Of a stretch of DNA of 64,000 nt, positions 39,532 to 47,841 are shown one piece after another (the stretch's first letter is position 1; the number at the start of each line of letters is the position of its first letter). The notes beneath the pieces are model-generated. The model saw only the letters and a list, made by a program, of their open reading frames with translations, made no database searches and had not been told where the DNA came from. Both the position numbers and the translations under genes were made by a program. The stretch comes from a virus (Duplodnaviria > Caudoviricetes): the IMG/VR virus record IMGVR_UViG_2706796476_000001, positions 64,001 to 128,000 of that record; one strand, written 5' to 3'.

Positions 39532-41187
39532 TTATGCTTCCCAGTCATTAACTACATTACCGTTGTCGTCTTTGCCGCCTTGCGGAGTGGCATTCGTGTT
39601 ATTGTGGTGTTTAGACTGTCCGTCTTTACCGACATCTTGATTGAACGAATCTTTACCATTTACATTGTCCATATTCCCGTTATAACCGGTTTGCTGGGCT
39701 ATAAACTGGTTAGCGTCCATCTGACGTTGGTATTCTAGTTGTTTCTCTTGAATGATTTGTCCAAGACGCTGTACGTGTACACCTGCAAGGGTTACATCTC
39801 CACCATCAACTTCAGGATAACCAAGTTCTTTACGAACATCGTTAATTGTAAGTCCGATTTTAGCCTTAGACTCAAGAATAGAAATAATTTCTGCTTCTGT
39901 TTTGGCATCTCCACCAACAAAGTTAAATACGTACTTCTCTCCAAACTGCGACACTATGTATTTGTTAACAGCATCCTCAATGAATTTCAATAGAGGTTCT
40001 AGTCCTTTGTCTTTAGAGTTACGGTACTTCTCAGCACTGCTGCCTTCATTCAGAGTATTACCGGAATGACCCGTTGCTCCTCCTCTGTTCGGGAAGTTTA
40101 TTTCTGATGGGTCGATAGAATAGATAGAACAGATAACGTTGATTAGATAGTTAAGCCATTTCTCAAACTCCATGTCTTTAGAAGACTGAGTCATGTTGAC
40201 GAATTTGACATCCTCAGCAGTAATAACAGGGATTTTCCATGCTCCGTTGATTCCACTAAACATTGACGTCCATTCTCTTCTGAAGGCGTTTAGAGCTTGG
40301 TTAGATTGTTCTTGTCCTGTTTTAATATGTAGTAGTCCTCGAGTTGTCCCGCCTTGAGCAAAGAACCGAGCATTAAACACTTCGGTGTTGTCATGGTACT
40401 GGAGGTGATTTAGAGCGATCTCTAGTTCCGGGTACCCATATTTACCGATTGTTAAATCTGTTCTAGGGTTACTTACTTCCCACGCCATTTCTTTTGCCTT
40501 GAACTCTGCGACTACCTTATCGTCTATAACTTGTACATAGCGTGTACCATCTTTAGCTTTTCGTTCCTTGCCATCTTCATCTACTGCTACGTATATAGTT
40601 GAGGCATCCACAGCCTTGAAGTTGTGCAACTTCTTGTCTTTAGAGTAGACTAGTTCAAAGTTAATCTTATCGTAGGTTAACCGATCTCGAACAAGCTTCT
40701 TTACAAATGAGCGGAAGTTATCTCGAGTGAAATCATTCTCGATCCATCCAGTATTTTCGATAAACTTCTCGATCTCTTTAATCTTCGTAATATTATGTTC
40801 GTTTGGCTCCTCTAGAGGGTCTTTAAGCCTAATCTCGTACCCTACACCTTTATCACTATTGCGAGCAGGTGTACAGAACATGGAAACTTGGTTCACCCGT
40901 GTTATAATAATCGCATTCAGGATAATGTTCTTTCTCGACCACATCTTCAGCAGCTGAAGGAGATTCTGCTTGCCATGAATGGAAGGGGCGTCCCTATACT
41001 CAGGGTTCATGGACAGACTACCAATGATGGGCTCTTCGTAAGCCTTGGGCTTATCCGACTTGGAAGTTTTCCCTTTTATAAGGATTGCCTCGTCTTCTAT
41101 CTGCTTGATTCGTATAGCCATGTCTTGATCAATATTAATGACTTCTTCTTCTTTTTTACTTTTGAATAAAGTATCAAACAATCCCAT
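39532..41187 (-). CDS. portal protein
   Basis: GYPELEIAL...FFAQGGTTRGLL...KDMEFEKW...GLEPLLKFIED. Confidence 0.92.
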   Translation of the reverse strand: MGLFDTLFKSKKEEEVINIDQDMAIRIKQIEDEAILIKGKTSKSDKPKAYEEPIIGSLSMNPEYRDAPSIHGKQNLLQLLKMWSRKNIILNAIIITRVNQVSMFCTPARNSDKGVGYEIRLKDPLEEPNEHNITKIKEIEKFIENTGWIENDFTRDNFRSFVKKLVRDRLTYDKINFELVYSKDKKLHNFKAVDASTIYVAVDEDGKERKAKDGTRYVQVIDDKVVAEFKAKEMAWEVSNPRTDLTIGKYGYPELEIALNHLQYHDNTEVFNARFFAQGGTTRGLLHIKTGQEQSNQALNAFRREWTSMFSGINGAWKIPVITAEDVKFVNMTQSSKDMEFEKWLNYLINVICSIYSIDPSEINFPNRGGATGHSGNTLNEGSSAEKYRNSKDKGLEPLLKFIEDAVNKYIVSQFGEKYVFNFVGGDAKTEAEIISILESKAKIGLTINDVRKELGYPEVDGGDVTLAGVHVQRLGQIIQEKQLEYQRQMDANQFIAQQTGYNGNMDNVNGKDSFNQDVGKDGQSKHHNNTNATPQGGKDDNGNVVNDWEA

Positions 41188-41217
41188 GTGTATATCACAT
41201 CCAATCTTTCTTTACTA

Positions 41218-41475
41218 CTAGCTGTATTTGAAAACTTTGCGGCTGCTTAGAACTGTATCGTAGTCTTTCTCAACTTCCGCACCTACTGAGTCTGTAAGTA
41301 ATACTGTGTCATTGTCAATAATTGCTTGTATTTTTAACATTTCACCGTTTATAACAGCGAAAACAGAAATATCCTTGCCCTGAATATCGTGGTAGTAGGA
41401 TACTACTTCAATCCAGTCAAGATGACCTACAGCTCGTTTAGCTTCCATCCATTTTTTATCTTGGCTAAATTTCAT
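41218..41475 (-). CDS. conserved hypothetical protein upstream of the portal gene
   Basis: AAGGAGGA RBS before ATG 41475; TATATTA late-type motif upstream. Confidence 0.65.
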   Translation of the reverse strand: MKFSQDKKWMEAKRAVGHLDWIEVVSYYHDIQGKDISVFAVINGEMLKIQAIIDNDTVLLTDSVGAEVEKDYDTVLSSRKVFKYS

Positions 41476-41608
41476 AACATCCTCCTTAATATAATATAAG
41501 ACTAAGGTGTCTCTATTTACAATTATATCATACACAGGGGCTTACACTCTCTTCTCATATAAGGATAACAGAAAAACCACACCTTATTGGCGTGGTTTGT
41601 AGTAGTTA

Positions 41609-41995
41609 TTAACTTCGTCTAGCTCTTGGAGTTTCTATATGCCCATAAACACTTAAGTCCCTACCTTGCAGTCGTTCATCCTGCGACCATTCGTATTTCG
41701 TTTTGCCTTCGGCGTACTTGGCATCGTTCCGTGTAAGAAAGAGAGCTGGGATACTAGGGAATCCTACCCATGTCGAGTGTTGAAAAAATCCTTCAGAGAA
41801 TCCGTAAGTTTTACAGCAATGATCAACAAATTCTTGAGTCTCAGCTAATTCTTTTTCGAGTTCTTTGACTCTTTTTTGGTCATCAGCAATCTTTTCCTTC
41901 ATCTGCTTAATCTGCTCTATGTGGCTTGGGATACGTCCTTCATACTCATCTTTAGCAATCTTAAACATCTTGTTTACGATTGTTGTGTCATTCAT
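41609..41995 (-). CDS. hypothetical coiled-coil protein (related to 41988-42359)
   Basis: Coiled coil followed by C..YGF..G...LF...DA. Confidence 0.6.
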   Translation of the reverse strand: MNDTTIVNKMFKIAKDEYEGRIPSHIEQIKQMKEKIADDQKRVKELEKELAETQEFVDHCCKTYGFSEGFFQHSTWVGFPSIPALFLTRNDAKYAEGKTKYEWSQDERLQGRDLSVYGHIETPRARRS

Positions 41996-42359
41996 TTGGA
42001 AGTCTCCCTTCCTCTACCAACAGTTTTGCTAGACTGTTTACCCCGGCAGACATAGATGCCTCCATCAGGAAGTCGTGTTTAGTCGTACGACTAGCTCGGT
42101 CTGCTGCCTCTTTGTCATAAAATAGCTCTCCATTTCCAGCTAGGTCGTCTTTATAACCTCCAATAACAAAACCAAACATTTCACAAGCTGCTTTAACTGC
42201 TTCTCTGTTATTTTCTTGTTCATTTTTAAGCTTTGCTAAACTTGCTGCTGTTTCTTCCAATTCCTTCTCTAGTCTAGCAATTTCACAGTCTAGCTGACTT
42301 TCTCTGACTTTGTGGGTGTACCGCATGGTCTTAAATACCGTTTCTTTCAAATAGTCCAT
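41988..42359 (-). CDS. hypothetical coiled-coil protein (related to 41609-41995)
   Basis: Coiled coil followed by C..FGF..G...LF...AA; AGGAGG RBS. Confidence 0.6.
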   Translation of the reverse strand: MDYLKETVFKTMRYTHKVRESQLDCEIARLEKELEETAASLAKLKNEQENNREAVKAACEMFGFVIGGYKDDLAGNGELFYDKEAADRASRTTKHDFLMEASMSAGVNSLAKLLVEEGRLPNE

Positions 42360-42441
42360 TTCGTCTTCCTCCTTATTTTAAAGCGAATTATCATCGTTAT
42401 TTAAAGTGCCCTAGAATCGAGATATGCTCCGTTTGTTGTTA

Positions 42442-42819
42442 TTAAGCATCCACGATTGGAAAGTGTATGCCATTTACAACAAATGATCCTACCGAGTAGT
42501 AGCACCCTCCATTACCCGAATCTGCATACATTTCAGCTAAAGCGATCGGATTTTGGTTGTGGTATAGTGTAACTTTAACTTCGTTTACATCCACGTCTTC
42601 ATGCGGAATACTGACTTTTTCTCCAATTTCAACATTGGTAATAACTGCATCAAGTTTTACGTTACTGAACGTTCCATGCGCAAGAGCGCAACAGTCGTTT
42701 TCACTCATTTCAAGGGTAATAACTGTACCATCGTCTAACACAAGTTTATTGTGATCCCATTCCACAATCCGTTTATACAGTAAATGTTTGTTTAAGTCTT
42801 TTAAATCACCATAGTCCAT
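42442..42819 (-). CDS. hypothetical phage protein
   Basis: ENDCCA...ADSGNGGCYYSV; strong RBS. Confidence 0.7.
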   Translation of the reverse strand: MDYGDLKDLNKHLLYKRIVEWDHNKLVLDDGTVITLEMSENDCCALAHGTFSNVKLDAVITNVEIGEKVSIPHEDVDVNEVKVTLYHNQNPIALAEMYADSGNGGCYYSVGSFVVNGIHFPIVDA

Positions 42820-42841
42820 TTCGTATTCCTCCTTTTTATGA

Positions 42842-42913
42842 TGGGTCCTAAGAGACTCGAACTCCTATCCTATCAGTTATGAGCTGATTGCTTTACCTTT
42901 AAGCTAAAGACCC
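42842..42913 (-). tRNA. tRNA with CAT anticodon (Ile2-like or Met)
   Basis: Full cloverleaf; anticodon arm ATCAG-CTCATAA-CTGAT; T-loop TTCGAGT; no encoded CCA. Confidence 0.85.
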
Positions 42914-43372
42914 GTAAGTTAACGTAGGGTCAAACCGGCAACCACCCTACCTGTATTCAGCACCGCCACTCGACACCCGAGGGTACCTCTCGGCAAGTAT
43001 TGGCATAGAGCCTTCTACGGTTTTAATTCGGGTTTTAAAAGTACTCTCCGTGGTCCGCATTGGCAAGAGGCGTGAGAGCATCTATGACGTAGAAGAGGAA
43101 GAAAAATTCATTATATCTTGTAGTTGCTACATTCCATAGCCTAACGTGCGGTGAGCCGGATTATTTGTACGTCGTAAGTCGTTAATCGTATACCCGTTTT
43201 ACATTCCCACACTTTTTGGATTGTCAGTAATGTCCCCTATTTTAGGGTTAAGCAGTTGAGATATGCTCTCAACCAAAGCAGATTTTCCTCTTCTATCGTC
43301 TACTGCTGGTTTGCACCAGCTATCAAGGTAGAACTTGTCTACCCTCATAGCTAAGGCAAAATGCCTAGCTGC
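42914..43372 (-). ncRNA. putative large structured ncRNA downstream of the DIP1984/DUF6847-like gene
   Basis: No ORF. At least 8 hairpins, a GCAA tetraloop, an 11+4 bp long-range helix (43285-43300 with 43086-43100) and four tandem 7-mers (43163-43190). Confidence 0.65.
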
Positions 43373-43894
43373 TTACATGTACTTATCAGCGTTTCCAAAA
43401 GAGATGAAGTGAGTATGGTTTGCTCTCTCAATAGCATTGGACAGTGAGTTAGCAAACTTCTCTATTTCTTCTCCTCGAGCCTTAAGCGACTTCGGGTCAA
43501 ACTGAGCGTACTTATACTCTACCTCTGAAGAGTTGTAGCTAGGTAAACGCTCAGTTTTTTTAGATTGACCGAAACGTTTCAGAAGCGAAGCCTCTGCTCT
43601 CAGTTGCTTAGCTAGTTCCAACGCTTCAACAATTGTGTAAACTGTGCCTGTTGAAGTTTCGACAGTCGCCTCTGAGTTAGTTGCTGCAATCCTTAGAGAG
43701 ATTTTTCGGTAGTCATCTCGAACGTCATTTAGCTCTTTAGTGACTTCTGCAAATGTTCTCTCAGGTTTTTCATACTCTTCATCTTTACGAGCCGTTACGT
43801 ATGCAATGTCGTCACGTTCACGTACCAGTTCGTGAAGTTTACGAGAGATAGCGTTCTTTAACGGTAAAGCTTCAAACAGATAAACTTTTGTCAT
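43373..43894 (-). CDS. DIP1984/DUF6847-like helical protein
   Basis: Pattern L.EAL...I..TN...TI.EAL...SYNSSEV.Y...FD...L...L...I..AN.T recognised by eye; has its own sigmaA promoter. Confidence 0.7.
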   Translation of the reverse strand: MTKVYLFEALPLKNAISRKLHELVRERDDIAYVTARKDEEYEKPERTFAEVTKELNDVRDDYRKISLRIAATNSEATVETSTGTVYTIVEALELAKQLRAEASLLKRFGQSKKTERLPSYNSSEVEYKYAQFDPKSLKARGEEIEKFANSLSNAIERANHTHFISFGNADKYM

Positions 43895-43964
43895 AGTTAT
43901 CGTCTCCTTTAATTTGTCTGTAACTAGACTATATCATATAACATTTTACACTGTCAACGGTTTT

Positions 43965-44258
43965 TTACAATCCACATATATCTTCACCTACAAAAGATTC
44001 ACCGTTCTTGAAACTTTTGTATAGTCGTTCAAGTTTATTAAGGTTTTGCTCAAGGTCCCTTATTTTATTGTGTAGTTCGTTATCTAGTCTAAACCTTATT
44101 AATCTTTTGCCGTACTCTGATAGGGTTGGGTTTTTCAAGTCACTTAGTAACTCAGCGTGCTCCTTCTTAGACTTATCCAAGTTATATCTATTTGAATTTA
44201 GTCTAGTTTTTATTTCTGTTTCAGATACTTCGGTATAAAGGTAATCATAGTGAGCCAT
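43965..44258 (-). CDS. hypothetical protein (paralogue of 44346-44639)
   Basis: 97 aa; LSEYGKRLI..LDNEL..KI...GE....DICGL. Confidence 0.7.
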   Translation of the reverse strand: MAHYDYLYTEVSETEIKTRLNSNRYNLDKSKKEHAELLSDLKNPTLSEYGKRLIRFRLDNELHNKIRDLEQNLNKLERLYKSFKNGESFVGEDICGL

Positions 44259-44345
44259 AGTTATTCATCTCCTACCGTTGTTATCAGTATGTTTACTGTA
44301 ACTACACTGTATCATACATCATTTTACCCTGTCAACATTTTTTTT

Positions 44346-44639
44346 CTATAACCTGCAAATATCTCTCCGTGTAACTTCTTCACCGCTGTTAACTCTTCTA
44401 ATAAGTTTTTCGTACTTTCTAACTTTCTCTTCATACATCTTTATCCTCTGTCTCAGCTCTCCGTCTAGGTATTCTATTAGTCTTTGTGCACCAATCTCAG
44501 AGATATCTCTCTTTGTCACGTCTCTTATAATCTCCGAGTCTTCCACCTTACACATTTCTAAATGGTACTGAGCTATTTCTAAAAGTTCCTGAATGGCTTC
44601 GAGAGACACAACTCTATCTAATAAATCGTAGTTTTCCAT
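44346..44639 (-). CDS. hypothetical protein (paralogue of 43965-44258)
   Basis: 97 aa; ISEIGAQRLI..LDGEL..RI...GE....DICRL. Confidence 0.7.
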   Translation of the reverse strand: MENYDLLDRVVSLEAIQELLEIAQYHLEMCKVEDSEIIRDVTKRDISEIGAQRLIEYLDGELRQRIKMYEEKVRKYEKLIRRVNSGEEVTRRDICRL

Positions 44640-44798
44640 AGTTAACCATCTCCTGCCGCTTTATCGGTATGTTTACTGTAACTCCACTATATCGTACAAC
44701 ATCTTACATTGTCAACATTATTTATGTAAAATAAAAAGGGTCAGACGCATCCAACCCTAGTAAGTATACGCCGAAGCAATATACCGCAATTAATTTCA

Positions 44799-45323
44799 TT
44801 ATAACATACTGAACCAGTTATCAATCTCGTACCAGTCGTTCATTCGTACGAATCGTTTTTCTTCTCGGTTGTGTGGAGCATCGAATAGGATTGCCGTACC
44901 TTTAAAAGTTTCAAGATTATGCACTCCGTCGTCAATCATAAAATCTGCTCTTATGATGCTCTTGTCTCCACATAGTACTACTTTGCTATGAGGTATGTAC
45001 GGGAAGTGCTCTGTAAGCCATTCTAGCTTAGCTGTGAGCGATCTAGGGTGAGTCGTAGCTGTAGTTACTATATAGACGTCATAGTTCTCTATGAGCTTTC
45101 TAACAGCTACTTGGCTGCCTTCTATAGGCTCTAGGTTTCTGAAGAAGTGATAATCAAGGTGCCTATACACGTCATTTTCTGTCTTAACAAACTCTTTGAT
45201 GTCCCATCCTAAGATGTCGTCTATTTTTAAATGGGGATCGTCATGAAGGTTAATGCAAGATACCCAAGCGCCAAGAAAATCAGCTAGTACACAATCCATG
45301 TCAATTGCAATAACTTTTTTCAT
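44799..45323 (-). CDS. 5'(3')-deoxyribonucleotidase (HAD, NT5C family)
   Basis: IAIDMDCVLADF...KLEWLTEHFP...MIDDG...FDAPHN. Confidence 0.88.
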   Translation of the reverse strand: MKKVIAIDMDCVLADFLGAWVSCINLHDDPHLKIDDILGWDIKEFVKTENDVYRHLDYHFFRNLEPIEGSQVAVRKLIENYDVYIVTTATTHPRSLTAKLEWLTEHFPYIPHSKVVLCGDKSIIRADFMIDDGVHNLETFKGTAILFDAPHNREEKRFVRMNDWYEIDNWFSML

Positions 45324-45351
45324 AAGACCTCCAGTTTGTTTGACTTAAATA

Positions 45352-45435
45352 TGGGACAGGTGGGATTCGAACCCACTCAGTGATCCGACACGAGATTTAC
45401 AGTCTCGCCTAACTCTCCAACGTTAGCGCTATCCC
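45352..45435 (-). tRNA. tRNA-Tyr(GTA)
   Basis: CGAGA-CTGTAAA-TCTCG arm, long variable arm, GTTCGAATC T-loop. Confidence 0.88.
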
Positions 45436-45548
45436 GGGTCACGACTAGTTGGCGCTCTAGTCGTTTAAAAAGGTAATCAAACGTATAACTATGTCACTAG
45501 TTTATTTGTTCTGAAATACGGAACACAAGATGAAATAAAGACTTACAT

Positions 45549-45620
45549 TGAGAATACCAAGACTCGAACTTGGATAACTGGAGTCACGTCCCAGCGCTTT
45601 ACCGTTAAGCTACATTCTCC
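45549..45620 (-). tRNA. tRNA-His(GTG), atypical
   Basis: Cloverleaf; anticodon loop ACGTGAC (A32, C33); discriminator A rather than C. Confidence 0.7.
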
Positions 45621-45629
45621 ATGATGATA

Positions 45630-45703
45630 TGGTATGGTCTAAGGGAGTCGAACCCTTACCCGCTGGTTGGAAGCCAGCAATTCTACCGTTAAACTAAGAC
45701 CAC
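45630..45703 (-). tRNA. tRNA-Gly(TCC)
   Basis: GCTGG-CTTCCAA-CCAGC arm; encoded CCA; atypical acceptor (G1-U72, A73). Confidence 0.8.
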
Positions 45704-45709
45704 ATGAGA

Positions 45710-45780
45710 ACTGCCTAGAGAGGAGTTGAACCTCTCTTGTGATGGTGTTTGAGCCACCACACTAATCGTAGATAGGCAGT
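45710..45780 (-). ncRNA. D-arm-less tRNA-like element
   Basis: 8-bp terminal stem ACTGCCTA/TAGGCAGT, T-arm GAGAGG-TTCAACT-CCTCTC and a hairpin with loop GCTCAAA. Confidence 0.55.
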
Positions 45781-45789
45781 ATTATTACA

Positions 45790-46258
45790 CTTAAAAACCT
45801 ATTCGCATGTCTTTGGTCAAACTGGTTCTAACTTTCACTAAAGCCTAGAATTGTATAAGCTTAAGTTATCCCTTCCGTCTCTTCTACGGGTAGTCACCCT
45901 CGTAGATTCTGTGCAGAGTACGGAACTTAAGATGATAATACTCTAAGTAGCAGAACCTGACAGGTGATCAGCCCGTTGCACGGATCAGGTGCTTAATAGC
46001 TCTGCTACCCATAGAGTAGGATTCCCAGTAAAGAAACCGAATAAGACCACTGGGAACGGGGTTGTCCTGCTTGGCAAAACCACTCGAACCCAAGCTAGAC
46101 TTCCCTGTCTTATTTTGTATACCTCTTTCTCACAGGTGGTTAAATATGTGGAGGCGGTACAAGTTGCCCCGTTTAAGCCGCAGGGGAAGGCAGCTGCAAT
46201 ATTGTTTAATGCCGTTGCATCGGGACGAACCACTTGCGCTAGCTCGTTAGTGTGCTAG
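45790..46258 (-). ncRNA. putative large structured ncRNA(s) within the tRNA cluster
   Basis: Many nested helices: 45860-45931, 45939-46018, 46022-46056, 46100-46189. GC-richer than its flanks; strand inferred from the surrounding transcription unit. Confidence 0.6.
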
Positions 46259-46582
46259 TTACCTGTTTAGAATACGCACATTCATTTCTTCTACTACCTC
46301 ATCTCCATCGTGCAGGTAGTAGTGTTCAACTAACGATCGTTGATAGTTATCCGGCAAGTCATATAGAATAACTGTCCTATTCTTGATAGCCCCTGAGTCA
46401 GGTAAGGTAGTTTCAAAAACCTTATGGTCTTCAGTTATCTGAATATCTCCTACGGTAGGGTTATGCGCCCAGTGGTTGGTAATCTCGCTAAGAGGGTTGT
46501 TAGCAGTACCTCTAAATCGGTAAAGAACTCCCGGATAGTTATACATCTCCACTCGTTCAGTTACGTTCCCAACATTGAACAC
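46259..46582 (-). CDS. hypothetical protein
   Basis: GTG start with GAGG RBS; 107 aa. Confidence 0.55.
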   Translation of the reverse strand: MFNVGNVTERVEMYNYPGVLYRFRGTANNPLSEITNHWAHNPTVGDIQITEDHKVFETTLPDSGAIKNRTVILYDLPDNYQRSLVEHYYLHDGDEVVEEMNVRILNR

Positions 46583-46831
46583 GTAAGCTACCTCTAGTGA
46601 GACACCCGTAGATGCTTGATTTTCTCCCTCACTGCCTTCTTCAATAATGTTGTCGTTAATGTTGTTTCACCTCCCTATATAAAACCTAACCTGTTAGGTG
46701 TGGGTGTAAGTCTAAGGTGAAAATAAAGTCAAAATCAAAGTCAAATATAGTCAGGTGTGAGATAATATACTAGAGGTAATCACACCAATTACCTCTGAGT
46801 AGGTTGCATTTAACGACTGTTTCCTAGTCTA

Positions 46832-46900
46832 TTGCTAAGGCAAGAGTTGAACTTGCTAAACAAGGCTTATGAGACCTCGTCGGGTACCGACCCCTCAGCA
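46832..46900 (-). tRNA. tRNA-Met(CAT)-like with reduced D-arm
   Basis: GAGGT-CTCATAA-GCCTT arm; T-loop TTCAACT; shortened GC-rich D region. Confidence 0.6.
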
Positions 46901-46979
46901 TCGTACCGAGACGAATCTCGGTATTAGGAGGTAAATAAGAGAAAAAAGTATTTAATCATGAAGGTAGTTTCCTACCTAA

Positions 46980-47052
46980 TGGACTGAGAAGGATTCGAAC
47001 CTCCGACACAGGGATTTTCAGCCCCCTGCTCTACCGACTGAGCTACCAGTCC
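46980..47052 (-). tRNA. tRNA-Phe(GAA)
   Basis: Canonical cloverleaf; anticodon loop CTGAAAA. Confidence 0.92.
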
Positions 47053-47174
47053 AAGGCGCCTCACCCCTCGTAAGGGATGTGAGACCGATCGGTGATAGAA
47101 TCACCTCCATACGACTATGGGAGCACTCAATGGAACCCCTCGCATACAGAGGTGACTAGCTAATCCTTGAAAGG

Positions 47175-47241
47175 ACGATCTGAGAGGAATCGAACCTCTT
47201 TACCTATCGCAGTAGTGCTTTTACCAATAAGCTACAGACCG
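47175..47241 (-). pseudogene. tRNA-like element with truncated anticodon arm
   Basis: Intact acceptor, D and T arms; anticodon arm is only CTA-CTGCGA-TAG. Confidence 0.55.
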
Positions 47242-47433
47242 GTATAAAAAAGTACACGAGCGTTTATACAAGGTGTATAAGTGGACTCGCATACAGAGTG
47301 GGGTCGGGGGTGGGTGACCCCTATCTACATCTTTCTCGCTTGAGATGCAGATGGTTGAAAAAAAAAGTAATTACACCAAAAGAGGTACTGTTAAATCAAT
47401 GAATAAGCCTACATGCAAGATTTAAGGTACCAA

Positions 47434-47505
47434 CTGTCGTAGTAGGACTCGAACCTACAACTTCTTGATTAACAGTCAAGCACTCTACCATTGAGTTATA
47501 CGACA
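47434..47505 (-). tRNA. tRNA-Asn(GTT)
   Basis: CTTGA-CTGTTAA-TCAAG arm; G73. Confidence 0.92.
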
Positions 47506-47841
47506 AGGTTCAAGGTCTGTAGGGGAGAAGTACGGTGGTGGTTGTAAACAACTCCCCGTTACCTTGGAGTTTAGAACATATGATTAATTTCGCATGGTTG
47601 AGTTAAATAAAGGAGGAATAACCAACGTATGCTCGAGACAAAGGATTCAGCGATTCACCGCCTCGTGCAATGACCAGTGAATCCCTGCCTGTATATACAT
47701 TATAACATACTCTGATGTTATAGGGAACCCTTTATTTTAAATTTATTTAAAAAAGTTTAGTAGAGAAGATTAAACTTCTATACTATAGAGAAAAAGGAGT
47801 AAACTGTGCGGATGTTTGTCCTTCGTCTTCAACCTGTAACT

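Larger units (their letters stand above)
43895..44715 (-). promoter_or_regulatory. three repeated sigmaA promoter + leader units (43895-43957, 44259-44335, 44640-44715)
   Basis: Each reads TTGACA-18-TA(T/C)AGT...GTTACAG...GGAGA...AACTATG on the minus strand. Confidence 0.75.

Noticed and set aside
43163-43190. Heptamer array as a mini-CRISPR
   Set aside because: Units are 7 nt with no spacers and there are no cas genes; treated as part of the ncRNA.
43280-43300. GAGGAAAAUC resembling the RNase P RNA GAGGAAAGUC motif
   Set aside because: No matching 3' P4 strand found; the segment instead pairs with 43086-43100.
45985-46258. Three short overlapping ORFs (82, 89 and 62 aa)
   Set aside because: No RBS and atypical composition; better explained as chance frames in a GC-richer structured RNA.
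42842-47505. tmRNA or HDV-like (theta) ribozymes next to the tRNAs
   Set aside because: No tmRNA ends or tag ORF, and no convincing nested double pseudoknot at tRNA 3' ends by eye; a covariance search is still advisable.
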